Shown: one piece after another, positions 11,143 to 19,832 of the stretch
Layout: each line of letters opens with the position of its first letter
How positions within the stretch are numbered: position 1 is the stretch's first letter
DNA from: Acidimicrobiaceae bacterium
GTDB lineage: Bacteria > Actinomycetota > Acidimicrobiia > Acidimicrobiales > Ilumatobacteraceae
DNA: 64,000 nt
Assembly (NCBI GenBank): GCA_024641005.1
Contig: JAHEDX010000010.1
Coordinates: 9,212 to 73,211, forward strand
Direction of reading: 5' to 3'
Program-made: the position numbers and the translations under genes
The notes under the pieces: generated by a model
What the model saw: the letters and a program-made list of their open reading frames with translations, nothing else
What the model was told of the DNA's origin: nothing
Databases searched by the model: none

Positions 11143-12288
11143 ATGGCAGTCACGAACGAGCAGCTCGTCGAAGCCCTCCGCCCGGTCCAGGATCCCGAAC
11201 TCCACCGTTCGATCGTCGAGCTCGGCATGTTGCGCCGGGCCGAACTCGATCGCGACGGAACGGCACAGATCCTGGTGGCGCTCACCATCGCCGGGTGCCC
11301 CTTGCGCAACGAGATCCAGAATCGGGTCGCTGGAGCAATCGCCCATCTCGACGGTGTCCGCAGCGTGAACCTCGAGTTCACCGTGATGACCGATCAGGAG
11401 CGTGAGGACCTTCGCAAGGTGCTGCACGGCGACGCCGGCGCGAGCGCCGGGTCGCAGCAGGCTCACGGCCACGCCGAGGGTCGAGCGATCCCGTTCGCCG
11501 AGGCCGGTTCGAAGACTCGCCCGTTGTTGATCTCGTCAGGCAAGGGTGGCGTCGGCAAGTCCAGCGTCACGACCAACCTGGCGGTGGCGTTGGCACAGCA
11601 GGGCTATTCGGTGGGCATCGTCGACGCCGACATCTATGGGTTCTCCGTTCCCCGAATGCTCGGCACCGATCGACCCCCGACGGTCATCGACCAAATGCTG
11701 ATCCCTCCCGCTCAATGGGGCGTGCGGTGTATCTCGATGGGCTATTTCGCCCCTCCCGGCGAGGCCGTCATCTGGCGAGGTCCGATGCTGCACAAGGCAC
11801 TCGAGCAGTTCCTCACCGACGTGTTCTGGGACGATCCCGACTTCTTGCTGATCGACATGCCGCCCGGCACGGGCGACATCGCCCTCAGCCTCAGCCAGTA
11901 CCTTCCCCGGGGCGAGGTGTACGTCGTCACGACGCCGCAGCCCGCGGCCCAGAAGGTGGCACGGATGTCAGCAGCGATGGCCGAGAAGGTCAACCTGCCG
12001 GTCAAGGGCATCATCGAGAACATGTCATGGTTCACCGGCGACGACGGCAAACGCTACGAGATCTTCGGTGCCGGCGGCGGCCGAGAACTCGCCGACGAAC
12101 TCGGGGTACCTCTGCTCGGGCAGCTCCCACTGGTGCCGGCGCTGCGCGAAGGGGGCGATGATGGTCGCCCCATCACCGCTGTCGACCCCGACAGCGAAGC
12201 CGCCCAACTGTTCCATGCGATCGCCCACACGATCGCCGTCGATCTGAAGCCGCGGAAGATCTTCAGCCCACAGCTGAAGGTCATCTGA
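11143..12288 (+). CDS. mrp: Mrp/ApbC/NBP35-family Fe-S cluster carrier ATPase
   Basis: N-terminal DUF59-like domain (VQDPELHRSIVELGM) followed by the deviant Walker A SGKGGVGKSS. 381 aa. Confidence 0.9.
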   Translation: MAVTNEQLVEALRPVQDPELHRSIVELGMLRRAELDRDGTAQILVALTIAGCPLRNEIQNRVAGAIAHLDGVRSVNLEFTVMTDQEREDLRKVLHGDAGASAGSQQAHGHAEGRAIPFAEAGSKTRPLLISSGKGGVGKSSVTTNLAVALAQQGYSVGIVDADIYGFSVPRMLGTDRPPTVIDQMLIPPAQWGVRCISMGYFAPPGEAVIWRGPMLHKALEQFLTDVFWDDPDFLLIDMPPGTGDIALSLSQYLPRGEVYVVTTPQPAAQKVARMSAAMAEKVNLPVKGIIENMSWFTGDDGKRYEIFGAGGGRELADELGVPLLGQLPLVPALREGGDDGRPITAVDPDSEAAQLFHAIAHTIAVDLKPRKIFSPQLKVI

Positions 12289-12305
12289 CTCTCCGGGCGC
12301 CCGCC

Positions 12306-12644
12306 GTGGAGATCGTGCCGCGGTACAAGTTCGAACGATTGGTCGCCGACGCGCTCGACGGTCTGCCGAACGAGCTGTCGGACGTGCTCGACAACGTGGT
12401 CGTGCAGGTCTACGACCGCAACCCCGACGAGCCGGACCTGCTCGGCCTGTACGAGGGCACACCGCACACCGAGCGTTGGGGCGACGAGATTCCCGACCAG
12501 ATCTCGATCTATCGACACGCATTGTGCGAGATGAGCTCCGATCTCGATGAACTCGCTCGCGAGGTGTACGTCACCGTCATCCACGAGGTGGCCCACGCAG
12601 CGGGGATCGACGACGAGCGGCTGCACGAGCTGGGCTGGGCATGA
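12306..12644 (+). CDS. Small zincin-like metallopeptidase family protein (DUF1025-type)
   Basis: 112 aa with an HExxH motif (IHEVAHAAG) near the C-terminus. GTG start lies 17 nt after the mrp stop. Confidence 0.7.
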   Translation: MEIVPRYKFERLVADALDGLPNELSDVLDNVVVQVYDRNPDEPDLLGLYEGTPHTERWGDEIPDQISIYRHALCEMSSDLDELAREVYVTVIHEVAHAAGIDDERLHELGWA

Positions 12645-12738
12645 TCGACCGGCACGGCCGGCGCCGGGCGGTTTTCCCGATGCCGGCGTTGTCTTGTGGG
12701 CTGTCGCCGTTCGATGTCGAGCGGATACCGTCTGGGGA

Positions 12739-13530
12739 GTGACGAACCTCCCACCGCCGCCTCCTGATGGTCGCGACTCGACGCCGCCACCGCCTCCACC
12801 ACCGAATCTGATCGCTCCGGCCGGCTACGTCGGTTACACACCGAGCCCGATGGGGTCGCTGCGGCTCAAGCGCGTCGGGGGCATGGGTCGGGCAGCGGTG
12901 ATCCTGATCGCCGCGTCGGCAATCTTTTCCGCGCTGGAAGTGATCTTCAGCCAGACGATCGCCGATGATGCCGAGACCTTTCTCGCCGGCGGCATGTCGT
13001 CGGAGGATTTCGTCAAGTCCGTGGCGCCGTACTTGATGATGGCCTTCATCCAGGGTGCCACGGTCATCGCCTCCGTCGTACTGGTCATGATCTGGATGTA
13101 TCGCGTGGCGTCGAACCATCGCTCGTTGCACCGCGGTGCTACCTGGGGTCCAGGGTGGGCGATCGGAGGGTGGTTCCTGCCGCCGCTGCTGTACATCATC
13201 CCGATGTTGATGCTTCGCGAGCTGTGGCGGGCGTCGGACCCCGAGGTGTCGATCGGCGGCGATTGGAAGTCGCGACCGGTGACACCGCTCATCACCATCT
13301 GGTTCGTGATCTACAGCCTCGTGCCGATCGGCTTGATGTTCGCCCAGAACGACACCGTGCTCGCGGGCCTGGGCGGTTCCGAGGAAGAACTGGCGAAGCA
13401 GATCTCCGGTGACCAGGGCATCGTGATCGCCAGCATGGTTGCAACGGTCGCGGCCGCAGCCGTGACCATCTCACTGATGAGGTCACTCACGAACCGCCAC
13501 CAGCACCTCACCGGTGAGATCACCGACTGA
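12739..13530 (+). CDS. Proline-rich membrane protein, DUF4328-like
   Basis: Several TM helices and the core GWAIGGWFLPPLLYIIPMLMLRELWRASDP, which matches my recollection of DUF4328. The N-terminus carries PPPPP and PPPPPPP runs. Start is uncertain: GTG 12739 was chosen, and the ORF is open from 12547 but overlaps the upstream gene there. Confidence 0.6.
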   Translation: MTNLPPPPPDGRDSTPPPPPPPNLIAPAGYVGYTPSPMGSLRLKRVGGMGRAAVILIAASAIFSALEVIFSQTIADDAETFLAGGMSSEDFVKSVAPYLMMAFIQGATVIASVVLVMIWMYRVASNHRSLHRGATWGPGWAIGGWFLPPLLYIIPMLMLRELWRASDPEVSIGGDWKSRPVTPLITIWFVIYSLVPIGLMFAQNDTVLAGLGGSEEELAKQISGDQGIVIASMVATVAAAAVTISLMRSLTNRHQHLTGEITD

Positions 13531-13541
13531 CCGGCCCCGTC

Positions 13542-14009
13542 GTGACCCACCTGTACCTCGTCCGCCACGCCAAGGCGGGAGAACGGCGTCTCTGGACGGG
13601 TGACGACATCGACCGACCGCTCAGCAAGAAGGGCTGCAAGCAGGCCGAGCTGTTGGCGAGACGACTCGCCAAGTCCGATCCCGAGTTGTTGATCTCGAGC
13701 CCATACGTGCGCTGTGTGCAGACACTCGAGCCGCTGGCGAAGCGACTCGACCTCACCGTTCGCATCGAACAGCGGCTCTGTGAGGACGAACCGGCCGCGC
13801 CGGTGCTCGATCTACTGGCGGAGGTGTCGGCGAACACGATCTTGTGCAGTCACGGGGACATCATCCCCGCCACGCTCCAGGCGCTGCAGCGCACAGGAAC
13901 GAAGTTGCGCACGCCCACCGACTGGCGCAAGGCGACCGTCTGGGTGCTCAAGCGCAACAAGAAGGGCGCGATCGTCGAGGCCACGGTGTGGCCTCCGCCG
14001 ATCGTGTGA
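13542..14009 (+). CDS. Histidine phosphatase family protein (SixA-like)
   Basis: 155 aa with the RHG-type motif LVRHAKAG at the N-terminus and a downstream catalytic His (CSHGD). It lies 11 nt after the previous stop. Confidence 0.75.
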   Translation: MTHLYLVRHAKAGERRLWTGDDIDRPLSKKGCKQAELLARRLAKSDPELLISSPYVRCVQTLEPLAKRLDLTVRIEQRLCEDEPAAPVLDLLAEVSANTILCSHGDIIPATLQALQRTGTKLRTPTDWRKATVWVLKRNKKGAIVEATVWPPPIV

Positions 14010-14016
14010 GGCCGAT

Positions 14017-14427
14017 CTACACCCCTCGGCCGACCGCGATGAGCAACACCACGATCGCGAACGAAACGCTGCCGAGCACGAGCCCGGCGATCGCTCGGCC
14101 CCGGCCACCGATCGCTGGATCCTGCTTGGCGCGGTTCATGCCGATGCCGCCGAACACGACGGCGAGTATCGAGGGAACGAGCACCAAGCAGAACGGGATG
14201 CTGATGATCCCGAGCACCAGCGATGCCGTCGCGAGCCCGTTGCCGGGCGGACGCTGGCCATACCCCGGCAGAGGGGCCCCGGTAGGTCCGAAGCCCGGCG
14301 GACCATACCCGGGTGGGCCCGAAGGCGGCGGAGGCGGCGGCGGAGCACCACCGCCGGGTGGTGGTGGAGGCGGGGGCGGAGGAGGCGGCGGAGCACCTGG
14401 AGGCGGGGGCGTGTCGGGGCTCGACAT
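14017..14427 (-). CDS. Proline-rich small membrane protein, DUF4190-like
   Basis: N-terminus TPPPPGA-P12-GGGA-P7-SGPPGYGPPGFGP, followed by two hydrophobic helices (LATASLVLGIISIPFCLVLVPSILAVVFGGIG). ATG 14427 lies 10 nt downstream of the ccmI-like stop. Confidence 0.65.
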   Translation of the reverse strand: MSSPDTPPPPGAPPPPPPPPPPPPGGGAPPPPPPPSGPPGYGPPGFGPTGAPLPGYGQRPPGNGLATASLVLGIISIPFCLVLVPSILAVVFGGIGMNRAKQDPAIGGRGRAIAGLVLGSVSFAIVVLLIAVGRGV

Positions 14428-14437
14428 CACATCAACC

Positions 14438-15193
14438 CTATTGGTCGGCGGCGTCGATCTCAGCGATCACGGTCTGGCGCAGCGACTCCACCAGGCCCCT
14501 CACATCGGCAGGTGGTCCACCCGCAAGACATCCATCGAGCAAGGTGAGCGCCAACTCGGGCTCATCGAAGAACCGGTACTGCACGATCCCGAGGAAGCAG
14601 AACGGGTCGGGATAGGTCGGGTCCGTCTCGATCGCCAACAGCAACGACGCTGACGCCTCGTCGAGCAGCGGCCCCGCGACGGCCTGGTCGGTCTCACCCA
14701 TGCTCGACAACGCCAGCGTCCAACCCCGATAGGTCAACGCCTCGACATTGAGCGGTTCCTGCTCGAGCACCGTCGCGTACAACGCTGCGGCCGAGGCCGG
14801 ATCGCGCGCCTGGACGGCACGCGCCTGCGACATCAGGACCTGCACCCCGTCACGCGGGTCGAGTCCGGAGATCTGCTGACCGGGCAGTCGTTGCGCCGAG
14901 GACGCCGACAGCGCCCACCACACGAGACCGATCGACACCACCACGATGCCCAGCGTGATCAATCGTCGCGACCAGTTGGCGGGAGGGCGCGGCGCCAGAC
15001 CGGATCGCCCTTCCTCGACGGCACGCAGCGTGGCCGCGGCGCGAACCGTATAGCCGTCCTTGAGGGCGAGGTAGTCGACATCGTCGACATCACCCACGGC
15101 GTGCTCGCGTTCGAGATCCGCGAGGGACCGCAACAAGAACCGCTGCTCTTCCTCGAGCGCTGCCAGCCGGTCAGGGTCGGTCGCGCGCGTCAT
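14438..15193 (-). CDS. TPR-containing cytochrome c biogenesis factor, CcmI/CycH-like
   Basis: ATG 15193 overlaps the ccmH 3' end by 23 nt. N-terminal helix, one TM segment (LITLGIVVVSIGLVWWAL), then a TPR-like region (ALYATVLEQEPLNVEALTYRGW). The ORF-track 5' extension to 15439 was rejected. Confidence 0.55.
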   Translation of the reverse strand: MTRATDPDRLAALEEEQRFLLRSLADLEREHAVGDVDDVDYLALKDGYTVRAAATLRAVEEGRSGLAPRPPANWSRRLITLGIVVVSIGLVWWALSASSAQRLPGQQISGLDPRDGVQVLMSQARAVQARDPASAAALYATVLEQEPLNVEALTYRGWTLALSSMGETDQAVAGPLLDEASASLLLAIETDPTYPDPFCFLGIVQYRFFDEPELALTLLDGCLAGGPPADVRGLVESLRQTVIAEIDAADQ

Positions 15194-15707
15194 CCTGCTG
15201 CTCCTCCGACGACTCCAGCGCAAGGGCGCGTGCCACCAACTCGTAATCCTCGGGCGTGGCAGCACCGAGCGACCGGGCGCTGCGCTGCCATCGCCGGAAC
15301 GCCACCACCAGTCCCGCTGCTCCGAGCACGAACGCCGCCGCCGGCAGCGCCCAGGCGAGTGCCTCGACGCCGCTGCCGGTCGGGACGAGCAGCTCCTCAC
15401 CCTCGTAGGCAACGGTGATCTGTTGGATGATCTGCTCATCGCTCAATCGACCTTCGTCGACCCCTTGCCGGATCGCCTCACGTATCTGGTTCGAGGCCGT
15501 GTTGCGCGACTCGTACACGCTCTCTCCCTGGCACACGGGACAGGCCAGCCGTTTCGAGATTGCCTCGATCCGCTCGTCGGGCGTGCGGGGCCCCGTGTCG
15601 CGTGTGGTCCCGACGACGATGAGGCCGACCGCAACCAGTATCAACAGCACCCAACCCGTCCATCCCTTGGCGCGCCGGTTCAGGTCGCTCGGCGTCGAGG
15701 TGCTCAC
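15171..15707 (-). CDS. ccmH: Cytochrome c-type biogenesis protein CcmH
   Basis: LACPVCQGESVYESRNTASNQIREAIR matches the CcmH LRCxxCQ motif region. A C-terminal TM segment is present. The GTG start overlaps the ccmG stop (GTGA). Confidence 0.8.
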   Translation of the reverse strand: MSTSTPSDLNRRAKGWTGWVLLILVAVGLIVVGTTRDTGPRTPDERIEAISKRLACPVCQGESVYESRNTASNQIREAIRQGVDEGRLSDEQIIQQITVAYEGEELLVPTGSGVEALAWALPAAAFVLGAAGLVVAFRRWQRSARSLGAATPEDYELVARALALESSEEQQDDARDRP

Positions 15708-16315
15708 GGTGCTCCCTCGCGCATGGCCTGGAGCGCTGCGCTGAGACCATCAGCGGTGACCTCGCTGATGTAGCGGCGCCGAACGAACCCATTCGGATCG
15801 ATGACCCACGTCTCGGGCACCAGCGCGACGCCGAATCCGTTCACGAACTCGTACCGGTCATCGAACACGACCGGCCAATCGCCGCCACGCTCTGCAAAGA
15901 ACTGAGCGACCTCCTCACGGGTGCTGTCGCGCACGATCGAGTAGAACTCGGCGCCATCGACGCCCAAGGCCCGTTGCTGATCGACGAACTCGATCAACTC
16001 GGGATGTTCTCTGATGCACGGGACACAGTCGTGGGTGAAGAAATTGAGCACGACCCAGCTGCCCTTACGGCGCGACAACTCGAAATTGCCTCCGTCCTCG
16101 AAGACACCGGACACGGCGGGCGCCGGGTTGCCGAGCAGCGGTGACGCAGCCGTCTCGCCACCCGGCGAGTTTGCCGTGAACAACACGACGAACAACCCGG
16201 CCAACAGCACGGCGACCACGGCAACGACATACGGGGCGACCCGCCTCGGCGCGCCACCGGCGCGATCGTCAGGGTTCGGCCGGGCGGCCTCGACCTCAGT
16301 CACCCGACACCACAT
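15704..16315 (-). CDS. ccmG: Thiol:disulfide oxidoreductase CcmG/DsbE
   Basis: Thioredoxin-fold CxxC (FFTHDCVPCIREHPEL) and GVALVPETWVIDPNG, which is like the DsbE GVPETFxID motif. An N-terminal TM anchor is present. Start candidates are ATG 16315, GTG 16303 and GTG 16324; all overlap the ccmF 3' end. Confidence 0.8.
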   Translation of the reverse strand: MWCRVTEVEAARPNPDDRAGGAPRRVAPYVVAVVAVLLAGLFVVLFTANSPGGETAASPLLGNPAPAVSGVFEDGGNFELSRRKGSWVVLNFFTHDCVPCIREHPELIEFVDQQRALGVDGAEFYSIVRDSTREEVAQFFAERGGDWPVVFDDRYEFVNGFGVALVPETWVIDPNGFVRRRYISEVTADGLSAALQAMREGAP

Positions 16316-18332
16316 CCTCGCCACGCGTTTCGATCGGCGACTCGACGGGCGACTCGACCGGTTCGGGAACCATTGCCGAAACCGGCTCGAGCGGGTTGCG
16401 GCGTCGACGCCCGGGGAATGCCGACAACACCGTACCGACAGCCATCAGCAGCCCGCCGATCCAGAGCCACAGGATCAGCGGCTTGCGGAACACCTCGAGC
16501 ACCGCCGAGTCGCTGCCGGCGACCGGCGCATTCGTGCCCGCGATCGTGAGATACACGTCATGGGTCAGCCCGGTGCGCACGCTCGGTGTACCGATCGGTT
16601 GACCCATTTGCAGATAGGTGGTGATCGCTGGTCCGTAGATCCGGTCGTCATCGAGCCGCACGTTGGCCCGTGCGACGTCGGTACGCGGCGTGGTCTCGGC
16701 GACGATGTCGACCAGCTCGAACGTATGGCCGCCCCACTCGACCGGGTCACCGACCGTCAGATGCAGCTCGGTCGATTCGGTGTATGCGTTGGAGGCGACG
16801 AGTGCCACGGCAACCAGGATCACCCCCAGGTGCACGACCATGCCACCATTGGCGCGCCCCACCAGGCCGCGCCAACCCTGACGACGGGTGGCCAGGGCGA
16901 TCTGGCGCAGCGCCGAACCGGCGGCGAAACCGGCGAGCGCGAACGCGATCAACGGTGCCCATCCCGTGGCGCCCACCGCGACTGCGACACCCAGCGCCCC
17001 GACACCACACCAAGCCGGCCAGAACAGCCGCTCGCGTAGCAGTTCGGTGGATGCCTTGCGCCATGGCAACACCGGCGCGACCGCCATCAAGAACAACAGG
17101 GCGAGGCCGATCGGCATCGACAGACGGTCGAAATATGGCGATCCGACGACAGTGCGGCGATCTTGCAGGGCCTCGACGATCAGCGGGAAGACCGTTCCCA
17201 ACAAGACGATGAACGCGAACACGGTGAAGATCACGTTGTTGGCGAGGAATGCGCCCTCGCGCGACAGGGGTGAATCGATCGCGCCCGGCGACCGCAGACG
17301 GTCGCCGCGCCACGCGATCAAGCCGAGTGAGACCACCACGACCAATCCGAAGAACCCGAGCAGGTACCCGTCGATCTGGCCGGCGGAAAACGCGTGCACG
17401 CTGTTGATGATCCCCGACCGGGTGAGGAACGTACCCAGGATGGTGAGCGCGAACGTGGCAACGAGCAGGCTGAGGTTCCAGACCCGCAACATGCCTCGCC
17501 GCTGTTGCACGAGCACCGAGTGGATGTACGCCGTGCCCGTCAACCAGGGAAGCAGCGAGGCGTTCTCGACCGGGTCCCATGCCCACACACCCGACCAGCC
17601 GAGCACCTCGTAGCTCCACCAGCCACCGAGCAGGATGCCGATCGTCAAGAACCCCCAGGAGAACAGCGCCCAGCGGCGGGTTTCGAGCAGCCAGCCCTCC
17701 CCCACCCGTCCTGTGATCAAGGCCGCGATGGCGAACGCGAACGGCACGGTGAACCCCACATAGCCGAGGTACAGGATGGGTGGATGGAAGAGCACCAGGA
17801 TGTGGTTCTGGAGCAACGGATTGGGGCCGCGTCCATCGAACCCGACCGGCACGGTGGCTCCGGCAGCGAACGGGTTGGCCGGACCGAAACTGACCAGTGC
17901 GAAGAACGTGCACACCAGGAACATGACGACCAGCGCCCACGCGACGAGAGGGTCGTCGGCACGCTTGCGGAACCGCCAGGCGACGGCCGCAGTGAAACCG
18001 GCCAACACCAACACCCACAGCAGGATCGACCCCTCGAGAGCGCTCCACATCGCCGCGACGTTGTAGATGCCGGGGGTCGAATTCGACCCCACCTTCTGGA
18101 TGTAGTCGAGGGAATAGTCGCGAGTGTGGAGCGCCCGCTGCATGGCGATCACCGCGAGCAACGCACCCGCCAGGATCATCCAGGCATACACCGTCGCCTG
18201 TCGGATCCCTTTTCGATTGCCCACCACGATCGCGAACCCCGTGGAGAGTGCGCCGACGAAGGCGGCAGCCAGCATCAGCAACAGCCCGGCGTGGCCGAGC
18301 GCTCCATTGAGGCTGACCGCGATCACCGGCAC
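16296..18332 (-). CDS. ccmF: Cytochrome c heme lyase subunit CcmF
   Basis: 678 aa polytopic membrane protein with a Trp-rich WWD region (GGWWSYEVLGWSGVWAWDPVENASLLPW). Confidence 0.9.
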   Translation of the reverse strand: MPVIAVSLNGALGHAGLLLMLAAAFVGALSTGFAIVVGNRKGIRQATVYAWMILAGALLAVIAMQRALHTRDYSLDYIQKVGSNSTPGIYNVAAMWSALEGSILLWVLVLAGFTAAVAWRFRKRADDPLVAWALVVMFLVCTFFALVSFGPANPFAAGATVPVGFDGRGPNPLLQNHILVLFHPPILYLGYVGFTVPFAFAIAALITGRVGEGWLLETRRWALFSWGFLTIGILLGGWWSYEVLGWSGVWAWDPVENASLLPWLTGTAYIHSVLVQQRRGMLRVWNLSLLVATFALTILGTFLTRSGIINSVHAFSAGQIDGYLLGFFGLVVVVSLGLIAWRGDRLRSPGAIDSPLSREGAFLANNVIFTVFAFIVLLGTVFPLIVEALQDRRTVVGSPYFDRLSMPIGLALLFLMAVAPVLPWRKASTELLRERLFWPAWCGVGALGVAVAVGATGWAPLIAFALAGFAAGSALRQIALATRRQGWRGLVGRANGGMVVHLGVILVAVALVASNAYTESTELHLTVGDPVEWGGHTFELVDIVAETTPRTDVARANVRLDDDRIYGPAITTYLQMGQPIGTPSVRTGLTHDVYLTIAGTNAPVAGSDSAVLEVFRKPLILWLWIGGLLMAVGTVLSAFPGRRRRNPLEPVSAMVPEPVESPVESPIETRGEDVVSGD

Positions 18333-18369
18333 CCCGAGAGCACAGACAGTCCAGGCATCGCGCTATCGC

Positions 18370-18867
18370 TCAGGGCGTTCCGGTCTCACACGCGTCGGCG
18401 AGTGCGTCGGATTCGGCGAGGCGCTCGTCGTTGACAGCGACGTACTCATCGGAATGCTTCACCTCGACCCGATCACCCAGGAACGTGTCACTGGCGGTGT
18501 CGAAATGACCGTGTACGACGACCGGGATGCACTCCTTGAAGATCCCACCGGGCTCGCCGTCATAGCTGACCGCCATCTCGGCGCCGTTGAACGCGATCAC
18601 GAAATCGGTGTCGCTGCCTGCGGATCTCACCGTGCCACGCTGGACGACGCCCTGGACCCGCAACCGCCGATTGACATCGCATCCGGATCGTGTGCCGACC
18701 TCGTCGACGTTGCAGTAATAGTCGACTGCCGAACGGAGGAACTGGGTGACGATGACGCCACCCGCGACGAGCACGCCGGCGATCACGATCATCGGCAACC
18801 ATTTGCGCTTGGTGCCGGCCGCAGGCGATGGCGTTTCGGGCCCGGTGCGGGGCGAGAGATCGGTCAC
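18370..18867 (-). CDS. ccmE: Heme chaperone CcmE
   Basis: A single TM segment followed by an OB-fold-like region, with the heme-binding HxxxY motif (VEVKHSDEY). GTG 18867 lies 1 nt after the ccmD stop. GTG 18921 is an alternative start. Confidence 0.85.
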   Translation of the reverse strand: MTDLSPRTGPETPSPAAGTKRKWLPMIVIAGVLVAGGVIVTQFLRSAVDYYCNVDEVGTRSGCDVNRRLRVQGVVQRGTVRSAGSDTDFVIAFNGAEMAVSYDGEPGGIFKECIPVVVHGHFDTASDTFLGDRVEVKHSDEYVAVNDERLAESDALADACETGTP

Positions 18868-18868
18868 G

Positions 18869-19024
18869 TCAGGTCCAGTACTTGTCGTCGTCGTCGATAC
18901 GGTCGGCGAGTCGGCGTCCACCGCGCAGCACCCGCCAGGTGAACCCGGCGATCACCGCGAACGTCAGGACATAGCTGCCGATGATGAAGCCTGCGTCTTC
19001 CATTGCGATCACACCGGCACTCAT
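18869..19024 (-). CDS. ccmD: Heme exporter protein CcmD (small membrane protein)
   Basis: 51 aa, MSAGVIAMEDAGFIIGSYVLTFAVIAGFTWRVLRGGRRL, with one TM segment. ATG 19024 overlaps the ccmC stop (ATGA). Its position between ccmC and ccmE is canonical. The rest of the 124-aa ORF is an out-of-frame extension. Confidence 0.55.
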   Translation of the reverse strand: MSAGVIAMEDAGFIIGSYVLTFAVIAGFTWRVLRGGRRLADRIDDDDKYWT

Positions 19025-19809
19025 GACGTTGCCTCCGCCCGACGGGCATCGATCGCCCGGTCGAGCCCCTGGTCGTCGAGTTGATCCTCCATGGCCATCA
19101 CCCGGCTGCGATGCAACAACAGCCAGACGTACAACAAGGTGAAGGCGACCACACCGACGAACAAGCTGAACAGCATCAGACCGTCCATGTCGACGTCTCC
19201 GTTGGTGTTGAGCACGGTCGCTTCCTGGTGCAGGCTGCGCCACAGACGAACCGACCAGTGAACGAGCGGGATCTCCAACACGGCGAGCAGGCCGATGATC
19301 GCGGAACGTTTGGCGCGCTGGTCGTGGCTACCACCCAGTCCCCGCACCGCCAGATATCCCACATACGACACGAACAGCAATGCCGTGGTCGTGAGACGGG
19401 CGTCCCACTGCCAGTAGACGCCCCACGTGAGCTTGCCCCACAACATGCCCGTCGCCAGCGAGAGCGCCATGAACACCACGCCGATCTCGGCGCTCGCTCC
19501 GGCGAACCGGTCGAACCCGAGCGAGTGCTTCTTCGTGAACAGGTACAGCCCCGAGCAGGCCGCGGTGACGGTGAACGCCAGATATGCCAGCCAGACCGTC
19601 GGCACGTGCACGTACATGATGCGCACCGCCTCCTCCTGGTCTCGGTCGGCAGGCGAGAAGCCGAGGCCGAAGGCGACCAGCCACCCCATCGTGACCAGCG
19701 TCGCGATCCCGAACATCCTCGTCGCAAACGTGCCGGTACCCGAGCGGGCGCCGCCGTCGACTTGTTCGGCCGGCGCTTCGGTGGCCCGAGTGGGCGATGG
19801 TGGGGTCAT
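19021..19809 (-). CDS. ccmC: Heme exporter protein CcmC
   Basis: WWD motif WGKLTWGVYWQWDARL in a polytopic membrane protein. ATG 19809 lies 23 nt after the ccmB stop. Confidence 0.9.
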   Translation of the reverse strand: MTPPSPTRATEAPAEQVDGGARSGTGTFATRMFGIATLVTMGWLVAFGLGFSPADRDQEEAVRIMYVHVPTVWLAYLAFTVTAACSGLYLFTKKHSLGFDRFAGASAEIGVVFMALSLATGMLWGKLTWGVYWQWDARLTTTALLFVSYVGYLAVRGLGGSHDQRAKRSAIIGLLAVLEIPLVHWSVRLWRSLHQEATVLNTNGDVDMDGLMLFSLFVGVVAFTLLYVWLLLHRSRVMAMEDQLDDQGLDRAIDARRAEATS

Positions 19810-19832
19810 GGAGTTCCGTTCACGTCGATCGA

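Noticed and set aside
14313-14420. G-rich plus-strand tract (GGTGGTGGTGGAGGCGGGGGCGGAGGAGG) as a G-quadruplex or simple-repeat element
   Set aside because: It is the exact complement of the CCN proline codons of the DUF4190 gene. The coding explanation is sufficient.
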